Shown: piece after piece, positions 12,641 through 25,086 of the stretch
Numbering within the stretch: the first letter of the stretch is position 1
How the letters are laid out: every line of letters starts with the position of its first letter
Assembly: GCF_902713615.1 (NCBI RefSeq)
Contig: NC_052165.1
Location: 5,986,784 to 6,050,783 of the forward strand
DNA from: Scyliorhinus canicula
Lineage: Eukaryota
DNA length: 64,000 nucleotides
Direction of reading: 5' to 3'
The notes under the pieces: generated by a model
Told to the model about the DNA's origin: nothing
Database searches by the model: none
Seen by the model: the letters and a program-made list of their open reading frames with translations, nothing else
Translations under genes and position numbers: made by a program

Positions 12641-13857
12641 CCTTTAATCTCTAACAATTAAACCGCCCAGTCTTGTTGTCAGGCAAACTCCACAACGGGT
12701 CACACGAACCCCCTTTATTCCACATTAATGACACAGTCACAAAACATAATCTTATAAATCCCATAATTGTAACACATGTAGAGCAACTGGAAATCAGTAC
12801 CAGATGTGGTAATGTTATTGCTTCCAACACAAATGGTAAAAGCTTAAATATTGCTTTTGATATTTGTAAGAATAATATTGACTTCTTCCTATTATGCGCA
12901 GGCTTTGCTTTTGCAGTGTTTCTTGCTCCCCAAGTGAACTATGGTAAACTTTGCTCACTGCAGTAGAGACGCAGTCGCTTTAATTTAAGCAAGGTGAGGC
13001 AACAGAAATTGAATTGTCGTTATAGTTCCCGAGAGAAACGACCCACATGTACTGTTGCTGCGACACAGTCAGTTCCTCAAGAGGCAAATGCATGGCAATT
13101 AATTGCAGTGGAAGATGATGCAAGTCACCAATTAAGTATTCATAAGACTGTGTTGTGCAGCCAATAAAATGTAATTGTGCACACATTGTTCACGCTTCAG
13201 CAGGCAAACATTAATAATGTTAACTACGTTTTGCCCATAACCTTGCTCGAGGGAAGGGTTCTTCTTCCTATATATCTGCAGTAGGATTTGGGGATCGTTT
13301 TATAATTTCACATTTTGAAGTGTAAGATTTCCACGTTCTCAATACATTGCCCGGTGCGAATCTTACTTCTGCCATTTCTCCTGAATGATGCCAAGCATAC
13401 AATAGAATTATGTTGCAAACCAAGTTATTTTGCTCCTGACTGTCGAACGCTGCCATGACAGAAGAGAATAAAGTAAGTTTTTTCATTTGAAAAATATTTT
13501 GCCCCAGACTTAATTGTGGTGACCTCTCAATGGCCCATATTGCCTGATGGCTCACTTAGACTAATTCAACTTACGTTAAAAATGACTTCATCTGATTGGA
13601 GGTCAGCTGATAAAAGTTCAGGAAAATCTGACCATTATTATCCTCAGCGAAAAGCTGTGGAGAGGCAAAGTTACTCACGGGTCAGCAGCATCTGGAAGGC
13701 AGTTTGTTCAAATCAAAATTGGCCACTCACAGTTCAGAGGTTTCGAGAATGGTGAGTGTATGAAATGGAAATAGAACTCTCTGGAGTTAAACCTGGGATT
13801 GCTGGATTCTGACATGACATGCAAAAATGAGCAAGAAGCGAAAAATCAGCAGGCAAG

Positions 13858-14170
13858 TTGGATTGGATTTGGATTTGTTTATTGTCCCGTGTACCGAGGT
13901 ACAGTGAAAAGTATTTTTCTGCGAACAGCTCAACAGATCATTAAGTACATGAAAAGAAAAGGAAATAAAAGAATATACATAATAGGGCAACACAAGGTAC
14001 ACAATGTAACTACATAACATCAGCATCAGGTGAAGCATACAGGGTGTAGTGTTAATGAGGTCAGTCCATAAGAGAGTTGTTTAGGAGTCTGGTGACAGTG
14101 GGGAAGAAGCTGTTTTTGAGTCTGTTCATGCATGTTCTTGGACTTTTGTATCTCCGGCCCGATGGAAGAA
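13858..14170 (-). mobile_element. Rex1/Babar LINE 3' end
   Basis: Minus strand encodes LPSGRRYKSPRTCMNRLKNSFFPTVTRLLN; 3' stem-loop followed by a (CAAATC)n-like tail. Confidence 0.8.
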
Positions 14171-14956
14171 TTTATTCTGTTTTTCATTGTCTCAAAGGGG
14201 TTTGAGGTTTTTATTTTGTGTGGGTTAGGGGGAAAGATTGTTCTCTTTTGTTTTAGGTCAACACTTAACAATTGTTTCAAGGACCGCTGGTTAGACTACT
14301 CAATGCCCAGTGCTACGAGACAGCATGCATACGATCCAGACTCCTCGCTTTTCCACGTGGTGTTCTGTGCTTATTTACGCCGTTTTATGTTTACGTTTCA
14401 GACGGGTGTCATCCAAACATGTCTCTTGCATGCCATCCAAAATGTGGCGACAGATGGGCCTCGGATGTCAATCGGGTGAACAAATCCCCGCAAATTTCCT
14501 CTGCTGGCTTTCATCATGGGTTTAGTCAAATTTCGCACCCGCTGATCTGAAACTGCTTTAAAATTTGAAGAACCGCCACAGCTTTGAGGATGCGATTGCA
14601 TAACTGCACCCCTGTGATCAGCGAATATCAGGCAAAATTTTACACAAGGTCGCAGAGGTTTCAAGGAAAGTTTTAAAGGGGCAGAGAGAGGTGGACAGGT
14701 TTAGGGATAAAATTCCATAGCTTAAAACCTAAATCTGAATGCATGGCTGCCGTTGGTGTGACAAAGAAAATTAGGGGTATACAGGTATACAAGTAAAAAG
14801 AAGGAACAGAGGAATAGGGCTTGTGGGGTGGTTTGATTGAGAGGGAACTACATCTTTATTACAGGTGTACTGGTCAATATCTTGGTTCCAACTCCCCAAC
14901 AAGACTTGAAAGAAAGCATCAATTCCTCCAATACGTCGAACCATCTCAGCACATGT

Positions 14957-15140
14957 GGGGCTGGTTTAGCACGCTGGGCTAAATCGCTGGCTTTTAAAGC
15001 AGACCAAGGCAGGCCAGCAGCACGGTTCGATTCCCGTACCAGCCTCCCCAAACAGGTGCTGGAATGTGGCGACTAGGGGCTTGTCACAGTAACTTCATTT
15101 GAAGTCTACTTGTGACAATAAGCGATTTTCATTTCATTTA
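14957..15140 (+). mobile_element. Short tRNA-derived SINE with tail B
   Basis: GGGGCTGGTTTAGC...GGTTCGATTCCCGTACCAGCC...TACTTGTGACAATAAGCGATTTTCATTTCA. Confidence 0.85.
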
Positions 15141-16037
15141 AACCTCATCTTAAAAAAGCTAGAGGACTGAATCAGAGTACCCCACACGCTCTCTTCCCTG
15201 CCTTCTGGACCTCTCTATTTATCTTATAAATGACATTTTTAATTGGTTTCCCCATTTCCCTTTGGACACTTTCACAGAACGCTTCAAGAATTCTCGACTC
15301 TACACAATACCCTTGTGATCCAATTACTTAATTGGAGAATGCTTGAGTACAATATATCGGGTACTGTGTCTTCACCTTTCCACCTATATGCATGCACAGA
15401 AAAACCCGAATATAATGGCAATAGCATCGAGCAGGATATCTGTGAGTAAACAGCAAGGTTAATTTGCGAAGGGGTTCCCTTCGGAAGTAATCATTAAGGC
15501 TGAAACCCTGACGTGCTACTGGTAGCGTACAGTTCAGCATGTTTGTATTCAATTGATGCGTGCAGTATTTTAATAATATCATTAACCTGTTTAAAATAAC
15601 TAGGTTAATGACTGCTAAAATAGTCCGAAGAAGAATTTGATGTAAACCCGTTAGCCAGTGTGTTAAAAGTAGTGCACAAGAAACTTTTAACTCCTTGAGC
15701 CACTATTTCCAAGTGACATCTGAGCCAAACCTATCTGTGTCTAATTATTAAGTCGTTTTCTCGCTTTCCCACTCAAGTTACACCAGACCCTCAGCAAATC
15801 TCACCAATGTGTCAATAGCAAATTAATTTCAATTTGCATCACATTTTGGAAGGAAGGAGAGCGAGGCCACACCTGGATTGGACACAGAGTTTAAAATGGG
15901 ACAGAGCTGACAAGAGATCTGAGGCACTGATATGTAAATCACTCAAAGTAGCCATTTTTTTAAAAATCAGGCCGTTTACAAAGCAACCAAAATAAGGGCT
16001 CATTCCTGCGGAGCGAGAACTGAAAAGCAGCAAAGTT

Positions 16038-16228
16038 GCCCCGAGTTCTCCGGCCATTGCGATTCATCCTCCCCAGCAGTAGTGCAGCCTCGCTCGCAGG
16101 TTTCCCGTGCTGTGGGGTGGCTTCAATGGGAAATCCCATTGAAAAACGGCGGGAAGACAGAATCCCGCCGCCGGCGAACGGCGCGCCGCTGGGAATCAGA
16201 CGGCTGGTGGACCAGAGAATCCAGCCCG
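16038..16228. mobile_element. Short (~190 bp) palindromic MITE-like element
   Basis: Ends in GAGAATCCAGCCC; central perfect hairpin TTCAATGGGA-A-ATCCCATTGAA; inverted relative at 39034-39206. Confidence 0.6.
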
Positions 16229-16229
16229 T

Positions 16230-16580
16230 TATGTCAAACATATTAAACCTTGGTTAGACCACATTTAGAGCACTGTGCGCAGTTCTGGTCTCCACGTTAT
16301 GGGAAGGATATGGAGGCACGAGAGAAGGTGCAAAATGATTCACCAGGATGATACCAGAACTGCGAGAATAAATTTACGAGGAGAAGCTAAACAAGGCTGT
16401 GGCTCTTTTTTTTAAAATCTAGATAAAAGGTTGAGGGATCATTCAATGGATATCTATCAGAAGTACGGAAGCTGGGCAAAGAGAAGACATCTCCACTTGT
16501 GGAGGAGATCCAAACTAGGACCAATAAATGTAAGATAGTTAGCGATAGATCCAAAAGGGAATTCAGGAGAAAGTCCTGCA
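16230..16580 (+). mobile_element. Degraded CR1 3' fragment
   Basis: [15 protein letters not shown]-type coding remnant. Confidence 0.7.
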
Positions 16581-16724
16581 ATAAGAAATATTGGCTTTTC
16601 ACAGTAACTTCATTGAAGCCTACTTGTGACAATAAACAATTATTATTATTATATTATTAAGAAATAAGAACAAACCATGGCCTAACAGCCCCCGAGCCTG
16701 CTACACTATTCAACAAGATCGTGG

Positions 16725-17358
16725 TGTTATGGGCCAGGGTTTAGAGAACCCCAAAGTGTATCATGGAGTTCACCTGACCCACAGCTTTTAATAGATTGTG
16801 GTATGGGGAGCACACAGCCCACTCTACAGGTGTGGTACAGCAGAAATGGAAAAGTATTTTTTAAAGCAAAACACAGTTTATTCTATGAACTCAAGCTAAC
16901 CTTTTTAAAACATACAGTGAACATCTTAGCAACCATTAATTCAAATACAACCCCCAAAGAATACAAATTAAGTAATCCTTGAAACTGGCCTTTTAACATC
17001 CATAAGACCTAAAAATTAACTTTTAACAGAAGCACATCAGGTTAAAGTCACTACTAAGAGCAGTTATTAGTTTTAAATCACCATAGGATTGATTTACAGT
17101 CTTTAGATTACAGAGAGAGACTCCAATACACCTTCTGGCTGTGACTGCAGCTATCCAGCTCTGAAAACGAAACTAAAACACACCCTGCAGCAAAAAGCCT
17201 AAAACGAAAGTAAAAAGCTGATGGACAGCCCAGCACCACCCATGCTTTGACATCACTGCAGTAGTAAACACCCATTTCTTAAAAGTACTCTCACTACCCA
17301 TATTTATATACACACCCATTTCTAAATACCCATTTCTTAAAGGTACTTTCACATGACA
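16725..17358 (-). mobile_element. Solo LTR (634 bp)
   Basis: TGTTATG...CATGACA inverted termini; 4-bp flanks GTGG/ATGG (1 mismatch); interrupts an older CR1 tail; minus-strand TATA-like and AATAAA motifs. Confidence 0.75.
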
Positions 17359-17754
17359 ATGGTTAATCTTCTACCTCAACTTCATTTTACTGTCCTATCC
17401 TCATTTTCCCCAATTCCCTCAATGCCCAAAAGATACCTGCCTCAAATTTAAATATATTTGACTGAGAATCAACTACTCTGCAAAGTCCTGAATGACTATG
17501 ACCTATTCTAGTCACACAGCCAAGTGAATCAGCAGTCCAAAGATGAACAGGCCATGCTAAATTGCCCCTTAGTGTTCAAAGATGTGCAGGTTAGATGGGG
17601 TTACAGGGATAGGGTGGGGGAGTTGCACTAGGTAGGGTGCGCTTTGGATGGTCAGTGCAGACTTGATGGGCTGAATTGCCTCCTTCTGCACTGTAAGGAT
17701 TCCATGATTCTATCTCGGCATCTACCCTATCCAGTCCTCGATAAATGTCATACC

Positions 17755-19850
17755 CAGAGTCAAGGGCTATCCAGGGTTGGATAAGGAAGAAAATGGAGGC
17801 TTAAGGCAGATACTGAGGGCTCAAAACAGTGGAGACTGAGGAGGAATATAGAAAGTGCAGGGGGTTGCGTAAGAAAGAAATTAGGAGAGCGGAGAGGCGG
17901 ACATGAAAAAGTACTGGCGGGTAATATAAAGAAAAATCCAAATGTTCTTTTTAAGTTTTTAAGAGCTGGAAGCCGACCAGGGTAAGGGTAGAGCCCATTA
18001 GAGACCAACGAGGCAATTTGTGGAATCAGAAGATATAGGTGATGCTTTAATGGAGTACTTAGATTGGATTTAGTTTATTGTCACGTGTACCGAGGTACAG
18101 TGAAAAGTATTTTTCTGCAAGCAGATCATTAAACATGAAAAGAAAAGGAAATAAAAGCAGATACATAATAGGTCAACACAAGGTACACAATGTAACTACA
18201 TAACACCGGCATCGGGTGAAGCATACAGGGTGTAGTGTTAATGAGGTCAGTCCATAAGGGGTTTGTTTATGCATCTGTGTTCACTATGGGGAAGGATGAT
18301 GTGGGGATAGAAATCAGGGAGGTGCATTGTGATTTATTTGAACAACTTAACATTGCGAGGGAGAAGCTATTAACAGTTTTAACTAAAAGTGGATAAACCC
18401 ATGGGGCCAGATGAGTTGTGTCCCAGACTGCTGCGGGAGGCAAGGGAGGAGATTCCAGGGGCTCCCACAAAGATTTTTGAATCGTCTCTGGCCAAAAGAG
18501 GTGTGAAGAGGACTGCAGGACAGCTAATGTGGTGCCATTATTCAAGAAGGGAAGTAGGGACAAACCAGGAAACTACAGGCCAGTGAGTCTAACTTCAGCG
18601 GTAGGGAAACTACTGGCAAAACGTCCAAGGGATAGGATTAATCTCCGCTTGGAGAGGTGAGGATTAATCAAGGATAGTCAGCATCGCTTTCTCAAAGGGA
18701 GATCATATCTTACAAATTTGATTGAATGTTTTGAGGAGGTGACTAGGTATGCAGACGAGGGTAGTGCAGTTGATGTAGTCTACATGGACTGGGAGGCAGA
18801 TGAAGAAGGTAAGAGCCCATGCGATCCAGGGAAATTTGGCAAACTGGATCCAAAACTGGCTAAGTGATGGTTGAAGTTGTTTTGTGACTGTAGACTATGT
18901 CCAGTGGTGTTCCTCGGGGATCGGTGCTGGATCCCTTGTTGCTTGTGGCGTACATTAATGACCTGGACGTGAATGTGGGGGTGTGTGATAAGGAAGTTCG
19001 CAGATGACAATAAAATTGGTGGTGTGGTAAATAGTGAGGAGCAAGGTCTTAGATTACAGGACAATATAGACAGGCTGGTTGGATGGGTAGGAGAGTACCA
19101 AATGGAATTTAACCATGAAAAGTGTGAGGTAATGCATTAGGGAGGACTAACAAGGCAAGGGAATATGCAATGAATGGTTGGACCCTAGGAAGTGCAGAGG
19201 ATCAAAGAGACCTTGTTGTACAGATTCATAGATCTCTGAAGAGAGCAGGTCAAGTAGATAAGGTGGTTAAGAAGGTCAACATGATTCTTGATTAGCCGAT
19301 GCACAGAATATAAGAGCAGGGAGGTTATCCTGGAGCTGTATAAAATGCTGGTTAGACCCCAGCTGGAGTACTGTGTGCAGTTCTGGTCACCACACTATGG
19401 AAAGGAAGTGATTGCTCTGGAGGGTGCAGAGGAGATTGAGCTGGATCAATTCAGCTATCAAGCGAGACTGGAAAGCCTGGGGTTGTTTTCCCTGGAGCAG
19501 AGGATGCTGAGGGGAGACCTGATTGAAGCGTCGAGAATGATGAGGGATTTTGATAGGGTGGATAGGAAGGCATTTTTGCCCTTGGTGGAGAGGTCAATAA
19601 CCAGGGGGCACAGATTTACGGTAATGGGCAGGAGGTTTAGAGAGGATGTGAGGAAAAGGTTCATCACCCGGGGGGTGGTGGGAGTCTGAAAAGGTGGTAG
19701 AGGTGGAAACCTTACAACTTTTAAGAAGCATTTAGATGCATACAAGGCTACGACCAAGTTCTGGAAAATGAGATTAGAATAGTTCGGTGTTTGATGGTCG
19801 GCACGGACGCAATGGGCTGAAGGGCCTCTTTCCGTGCTGTAAACACTCTA
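17755..19850 (+). mobile_element. CR1 LINE (linker, RT and 3' end), degraded
   Basis: DKPMGPDELCPRLLREAREEI...RPQLEYCVQFWSPHY...; CR1 tail near 19815-19850. Confidence 0.9.
18060..18262 (-). mobile_element. Rex1/Babar 3' UTR fragment nested in CR1
   Basis: Near-identical to 13860-14070. Confidence 0.8.
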
Positions 19851-20347
19851 TAGCCGGGATTCTCCGAGTGTTAAATCACCTAAGCCCCAGTGAAAACATT
19901 GCTTGATTGACAGGTCTGGCTCCGACCTCTGCTTTCAATTGCACAATGTTTATTTACGCAAGGTTAAGAGGTTTCAAGTGGTTGCACTTTCAGCTATTGC
20001 CATTTTAAAGGGTTTGGACAATTGACATTTTTATTCAACTTTTTTACCATAATGGGAAGTTGTGAATGAATGATTTCTAAAAAAATGTTTAATGCTTTCA
20101 ATTGTCATTATAGGGTTCATTGGTTTTATACAGTATATAGTGGGTCAATGGGCATGGAAGTAATATAGCTTGGTATGGGTCCATGGAGGACCATAGCTTA
20201 GCATAGGGGACATGAGGGGCAATGTGCTAAGTGGAAAGGCATACCGTGGCATGAGGGGCCATAGGGATTATTTGAGGAGTACTTGGGGGGGGGGGGGACA
20301 GAGGGATGGCAGAGGAACATGAGGAGGATCATTCAAACTTACGTTAC

Positions 20348-21719
20348 CAGTTACCAGTGGCATACCACAGGGATCAGTTTTGGGTCCTCTGCTGTTTGTG
20401 ATTTCCATTAATGACTTGCATGAGGGAGTTGAAGGGTGGGTCAGTCAATTTGCAGACGATACGAAGATTGGTGGAGTTGTGGATAGTGAGGAGGGCTGTT
20501 GTCGGCTGCAAAGAGACATAGATAGGATGCAGAGCTGGGCTGAGAAGTGGCAGATGGAGTTTAACCCTGAAAAGTGTGAGGTTGTCCATTTTGGAAGGAC
20601 AAAAATGAAAGCGGAATACAGGGTTAACGGTAGGGTTCTTGGCAATGTGGAGGAGCAGAGAGATCTTGGGGTCTATGTTCATAGATCTTTGAAAGTTGCC
20701 ACTCAAGTGGATAGAGCTGTGAAGAAGGCCTATGGTGTGCTTGCGTTCATTAACAGAGGGATTGAATTTAAGAACCATGAGGTGATGATGCAGCTGTACA
20801 AAACCTTGGTACGGCCACATTTGAAGTATTGTGTGCAGTTCTGGTCGCCTCATTTTAGGAAGGATGTGGAAGCTTTGGAAAAGGTGCAAAGGAGATTTAC
20901 CAGGATGTTGCCTGGAATGGAGAGTAGGTCTTACGAGGAAAGGTTGAGGGTGCTAGGTCTTTTCTCATAAGAATGGAGAAGGATGAGGGGCGACTTGATA
21001 GAGGTTTATAAGATGATCAGGGGAATAGATAGAGTAGACAGTCAGAGACTTTTTCTCCGGGTGGAACAAACCATTCCAAGGGGACATAAATTTAAGGTGA
21101 ATGGTGGAAGATATAGAGGGGATGTCAGAGGTAGATTCTTTACCCAGAGAGTAGTGGGGGCATGGAATGCACTGCCTGTGGAAGTAGTTGAGTCCGAAAC
21201 ATTAGGGACCTTCAAGCGGCTATTGGAAGGTACTTGGATTACGGTAGAATAATGGGGTGTAGATTAATTTGTTCTTAAGGGCAGCACGGTAGCATTGTGG
21301 ATAGCACAATTGCTTCACAGCTCCAGGGTCTCAGGTTCGATTCCAGCTTGGGTCACTGTCTGTGCGGCGTCTGCATGTTCTCCCCGTGTGTGCGTGGGTT
21401 TCCTCCGGGCGCTCCGGTTTCCTCCCACAGTCCAAAGATGTGCAGGTTAGGTGGATTGGCCATGCTAAATTGCCCTTAGTGTCTAAAATTGCCCTTAGTG
21501 TTGGGTGGGGTTACTGGGTTATGGGGATAGAGTGGAGGTGTTGACCTTGGGTAGGGTGCTCTTTCCAAGAGCCGGTGCGGACTCGATGGGCCGTATGGCC
21601 TCCTTCTGCACTGTAAATTCTATGATAATCTATGATTAATCTAGGACAAAGTTTCGGCACGACATCGTGGGCCGAAGGGCCTGTTCTGTGCTGTATCTTT
21701 CGATGTTCTATGTTCTATG
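20348..21719 (+). mobile_element. Young CR1 LINE, 5'-truncated, with embedded V-SINE at 21279-21634 (composite copy 2)
   Basis: RT ORF 20380-20970 continues in frame to 21252 past a single TAA; 3' UTR contains a complete SINE; ends (TTCTATG)n. Confidence 0.93.
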
Positions 21720-21744
21720 CTCTTAACTTTTAAAAGGTCCCCGG

Positions 21745-21970
21745 GGGGCACAGTGGCGCAGTGGTTAGCACTGCTACTTCACGGCGCCGAGGAGCTGCGT
21801 TCGATCTCGGCCCCAGGTCACTGTTGTGTGCAGTTTGCACATTCTCCCCGTGCCTGCGTGGGTCTCACCCCCACAACCCAAAGATGTGCAGGGTTAGTGG
21901 ATTGGCCGCGCTAAATTGCCCCTTAATTGGAAAAAAAAATAATTGGATACTCTAAACTTGTTTAAAAACT
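21745..21970 (+). mobile_element. V-SINE, short variant with tail C
   Basis: tRNA head plus V-domain, then CCCCTTAATTGGA(n)TAATTGG.TACTCTAAA. Other copies at 46871-47088 and 60757-60980, with fragments near 49340 and 54100. Confidence 0.8.
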
Positions 21971-21984
21971 AAAAAGTCCCTTGC

Positions 21985-22255
21985 AAACCAGTTCCCTCTA
22001 CCGCCTAGAAGATCAACGGCAGCAGATGTATGGGAACACTATCAGCTGCAAGTTCCCCTCCAAGTCACATACCACCCTGACTTGGGAATATATTGCCGCT
22101 CCTTCACTGTCACTGGGTCCAAACCCAGTAACTCCCTCCCTAACAGCACGTGGACTGCAGTCGTTCAAGAGAGAGCTCATCACCACCTTCCCTAGGGCAT
22201 TTGGCAATGGACAATAAAGACGGGACTGGTCAGCGACACCCACTTGCCATGGCCT
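21985..22255 (+). mobile_element. 3' end of a second, older CR1-group LINE family
   Basis: Same family appears on - at ~35050-35480, ~43400-44150, ~49875-51390 and ~61690-62100 (MSAAPKIFKKLDNIQDKAAHL). Confidence 0.65.
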
Positions 22256-22274
22256 AATCATTTTTGAAAATATG

Positions 22275-22937
22275 GGGTGGGATTCTCTGATCCTGAGGCT
22301 AAGTGTTGACGCCTTCGTAAACACAGTCGTGTTTCCCGACGCCGCAACATGGCCTCAGGAGCAGCAATTCTGACCCCTACAGGGGGCCAGTACGGCACTG
22401 GAGTGACCCAGGCCGCTCCAGCTGCCGATCCCGGCGTCAGATGGGCGCCGCGGGTCTGCGCATGCGCAGTGGGACCGGCGCGATTTCCGCACATGGGCGG
22501 TGTCTACTTTCTCCGCACCGGCACCGACGTAACATGGCTACAGGGGCCAGCGCGGAACAAAGGAGGCCCCCAGCCCGAGAGGCCAGCCCGCCGATCGGTG
22601 GGCCCCCATCACGGCCAGGCCACAGCGGAGGTCCTTTCACCCCACACAGGTTGCCCCCGGATCCTTCCCCGCTGAGGTCCCACCGGGTAAGACCAGGTTG
22701 GAACTCGGCGCCAGCGGGACTCGGGTTTCTTTGTACGGCCGCTTGGCCCAATCCCGGGCGGAGAATTGCCGGGGGGGGGGGGGGGGGGGGGCCTCGGAGA
22801 GCGGCCCCCAACCGGCGCCAATGGCGGCGATTCCCCACTCTGCGAAGAATCACGTGCCGGTGTCGGGGCGGCGTGGCGCGACTCACGCCGGTGGCGGCGA
22901 TTCTCCGGGCTGGTCCTGGGGCGAGAGAATCCCGCCC
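22275..22937. mobile_element. Full-length GC-rich MITE-like element (family X), inverted relative to 8575-9240
   Basis: TIRs GGGTGGGATTCTCT / AGAGAATCCCGCCC; colinear with the 8.6-kb copy. Confidence 0.75.
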
Positions 22938-24183
22938 CTGATATCTGTTGCCTGCAGAGCAGTGGAGCTGCAATCACAGATACACAGTGCCCCTAGCAAC
23001 CATCAGTATGGTTCCATGGGAACTATTGCTTGTTGGTCCTTGCTATAAATGTGACTGTTTCCATAGTAACTGGTGCTTTTGCTTGCTGATCATGCAGTAT
23101 TTTGATGACCATTTCACATTTAAGCCTACATGAGAGATTACGCAGTTTATTTTCTATTCCAGCCTGATTTGCAGGGTTGCTACATTTGAACAATTAGTGC
23201 AATCACCGCATTTCATTACAATATGGAGCACTTGGATTGGTTGGATTGTTCTGACGTCCTCCAAACCTATAGTTCCTCCATGAGCAAAGCAAAAAGGAGA
23301 ACAACTATATTTAGAAATATGTTGTGCCTGGTAGAGGACATAACACATCCTTCTTGTTGCCTTATGTTAATATTAGAGCAGAGGCTTTCTTCGTCTTGTT
23401 CTATGGTTCAATATGGCAGTGTGGTACAGATGCAAATTTCACAATTCATTTAACCCCTTCACTAATCAGCCAGCGTTATGACTCAGAGGTTCTCACCCAG
23501 ACACGATGCTCGGCTTTTGCGGAGTCGGTTACCTTTGACTGTGAATCGGTTTCTTGTTGTTGCTGTCAATTATTAATCATTTGGACAGACCTACAACATT
23601 GTCGGAACTCACTCCGCGCCCTCCTGCTCCCAGGGTGTCGAGAGCAGAAAGTTGGCCAAGTGAAAAGTATGTGCGTGGATGTCAAGTGAGGACAGGACAG
23701 GCTATGATGTTATCTCGACAGTCAAATAGCCTAAATTAGTCATACATGTAATATGGCCAGTTGGTGAAAAATTAGAGGGTGGGAGCACTTGTGTGCACAT
23801 ATCCCCTGCCTGAGGAGGAGAAAAAAAAAGACAAAAAACATAGCATGAAGTATAGTATCAGTATATTGCAAGCTACAAAACAATGCCAATGTTAAAATGT
23901 TCTATTTAGTTTAGATTTAGGCATTTTTCAGTGTAAATGTTTTCTTGAAGCTCAGTTTGATGCTTTTAATCATTCCAATTTTATTTTCATTCAGTTTATC
24001 TCTTTCAATTTTCTCAGCAACCCCCCCCCCCCCCCCCCCCCCATTCTTTAGTTTAATGTTCTGATATTGGACTTCACTTATCCAGTGTTTCCTTCCCCTC
24101 TCTGTTCAGAATTACAATTCTCCCACATTTCGCTCCTCCTCATACCAGCCAAAGTTCAGGGATTTCTCAATGGGAAACTCACA

Positions 24184-24446
24184 TGTCCATGCCCGCTGAC
24201 CATGCCCGCTGTCCATACCCGCTGTCCATGCCCGCTGACCATGCCCGCTGACCATGCCCACTGTCCATGCCCGCTGTCCATGCCCGCTGACCATGCCCGC
24301 TGTCCATGCCTGCTGTCCATGCCCGCTGACCATGCCCGCTGACCATGCCCGCTGTCCATGCCCACTGTCCATGCCCGCTGTCCATGCCCGCTGACCATGC
24401 CCGCTGTCCATGCCCACTGTCCATGCCCGCTGACCATGCCCGCTGT
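24184..24446. repeat. 13-bp minisatellite TG(T/A)CCATGCCCGC, ~20 copies
   Basis: Directly visible tandem array. Confidence 0.95.
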
Positions 24447-24764
24447 ATCTGATCAAAGCTCGAGTATACAATGTCAAAGTCCCTTCCAGCTAAAATGGCA
24501 CAACGCTTTTTCTAATCCTTACGCTAAACATCCATTGGACACTTCACGAGTTATTCATGTATATCAACTTCATTATGATTGATGTCCAAACGTTTAAATA
24601 GACCAAATAAATGCACTAATTTCCATAAATGCCAAAAATGTAATTTTATTTGTGGCGCTTTCAGCTTTCAATTATTTTAGTACCACTGTGAGTGCGATAT
24701 TACTGATCAACACTCCCACATCTGGAGAATAGTTGTGGTGTTTTACTAACGCTTCTTCAAAGAT

Positions 24765-25086
24765 CGCAGCACGGTAGCACAAGTGGTTAGCACTGTGGCT
24801 TCACGGTGCCAGGATCCCAGGTTCGATTCCCCACTGGGTCACTGTCTGTGCGGAGTCTGCACGTTCTCCCCGTGTCTGCGTGGGTTTCCTCCGGGTGCTC
24901 CGGCTTCTTCCCAGAGCCCAAAGACGTGCAGGTTAGGTGGATTGGCCATGATAAATTAGTGTGTCCAAAAAAAAAAGGTTAGCTGGGGTTATTGGGTTAC
25001 GGGGATAGGGCGGAAGTGAGGGCTTAGGTGGGGTGGTGCAGACTCGATGGGCCGAATGGCCTCCTTCTGCACTCTATGTTCTATGT
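24765..25086 (+). mobile_element. HE1-like V-SINE, tail A
   Basis: tRNA head, V-domain GCGTGGGTTTCCTCCGGGTGCTCCGG, tail GGGCCGAATGGCCTCCTTCTGCAC...CTATG. Confidence 0.9.

Noticed and set aside
14400-14475. Possible + strand exon after ttttatgtttacgtttcag
   Set aside because: It lies downstream of the FAR stop, has a weak donor and encodes no recognisable peptide.
14957-15045. tRNA-like cloverleaf sequences
   Set aside because: These are SINE heads attached to SINE tails with an irregular anticodon arm; they are not called as tRNA genes.
15832-15896. Octamer ATTTGCAT plus CCAAT and TATA-like motifs resembling a promoter
   Set aside because: No downstream gene; several octamer matches in the window are compatible with chance in AT-rich DNA.
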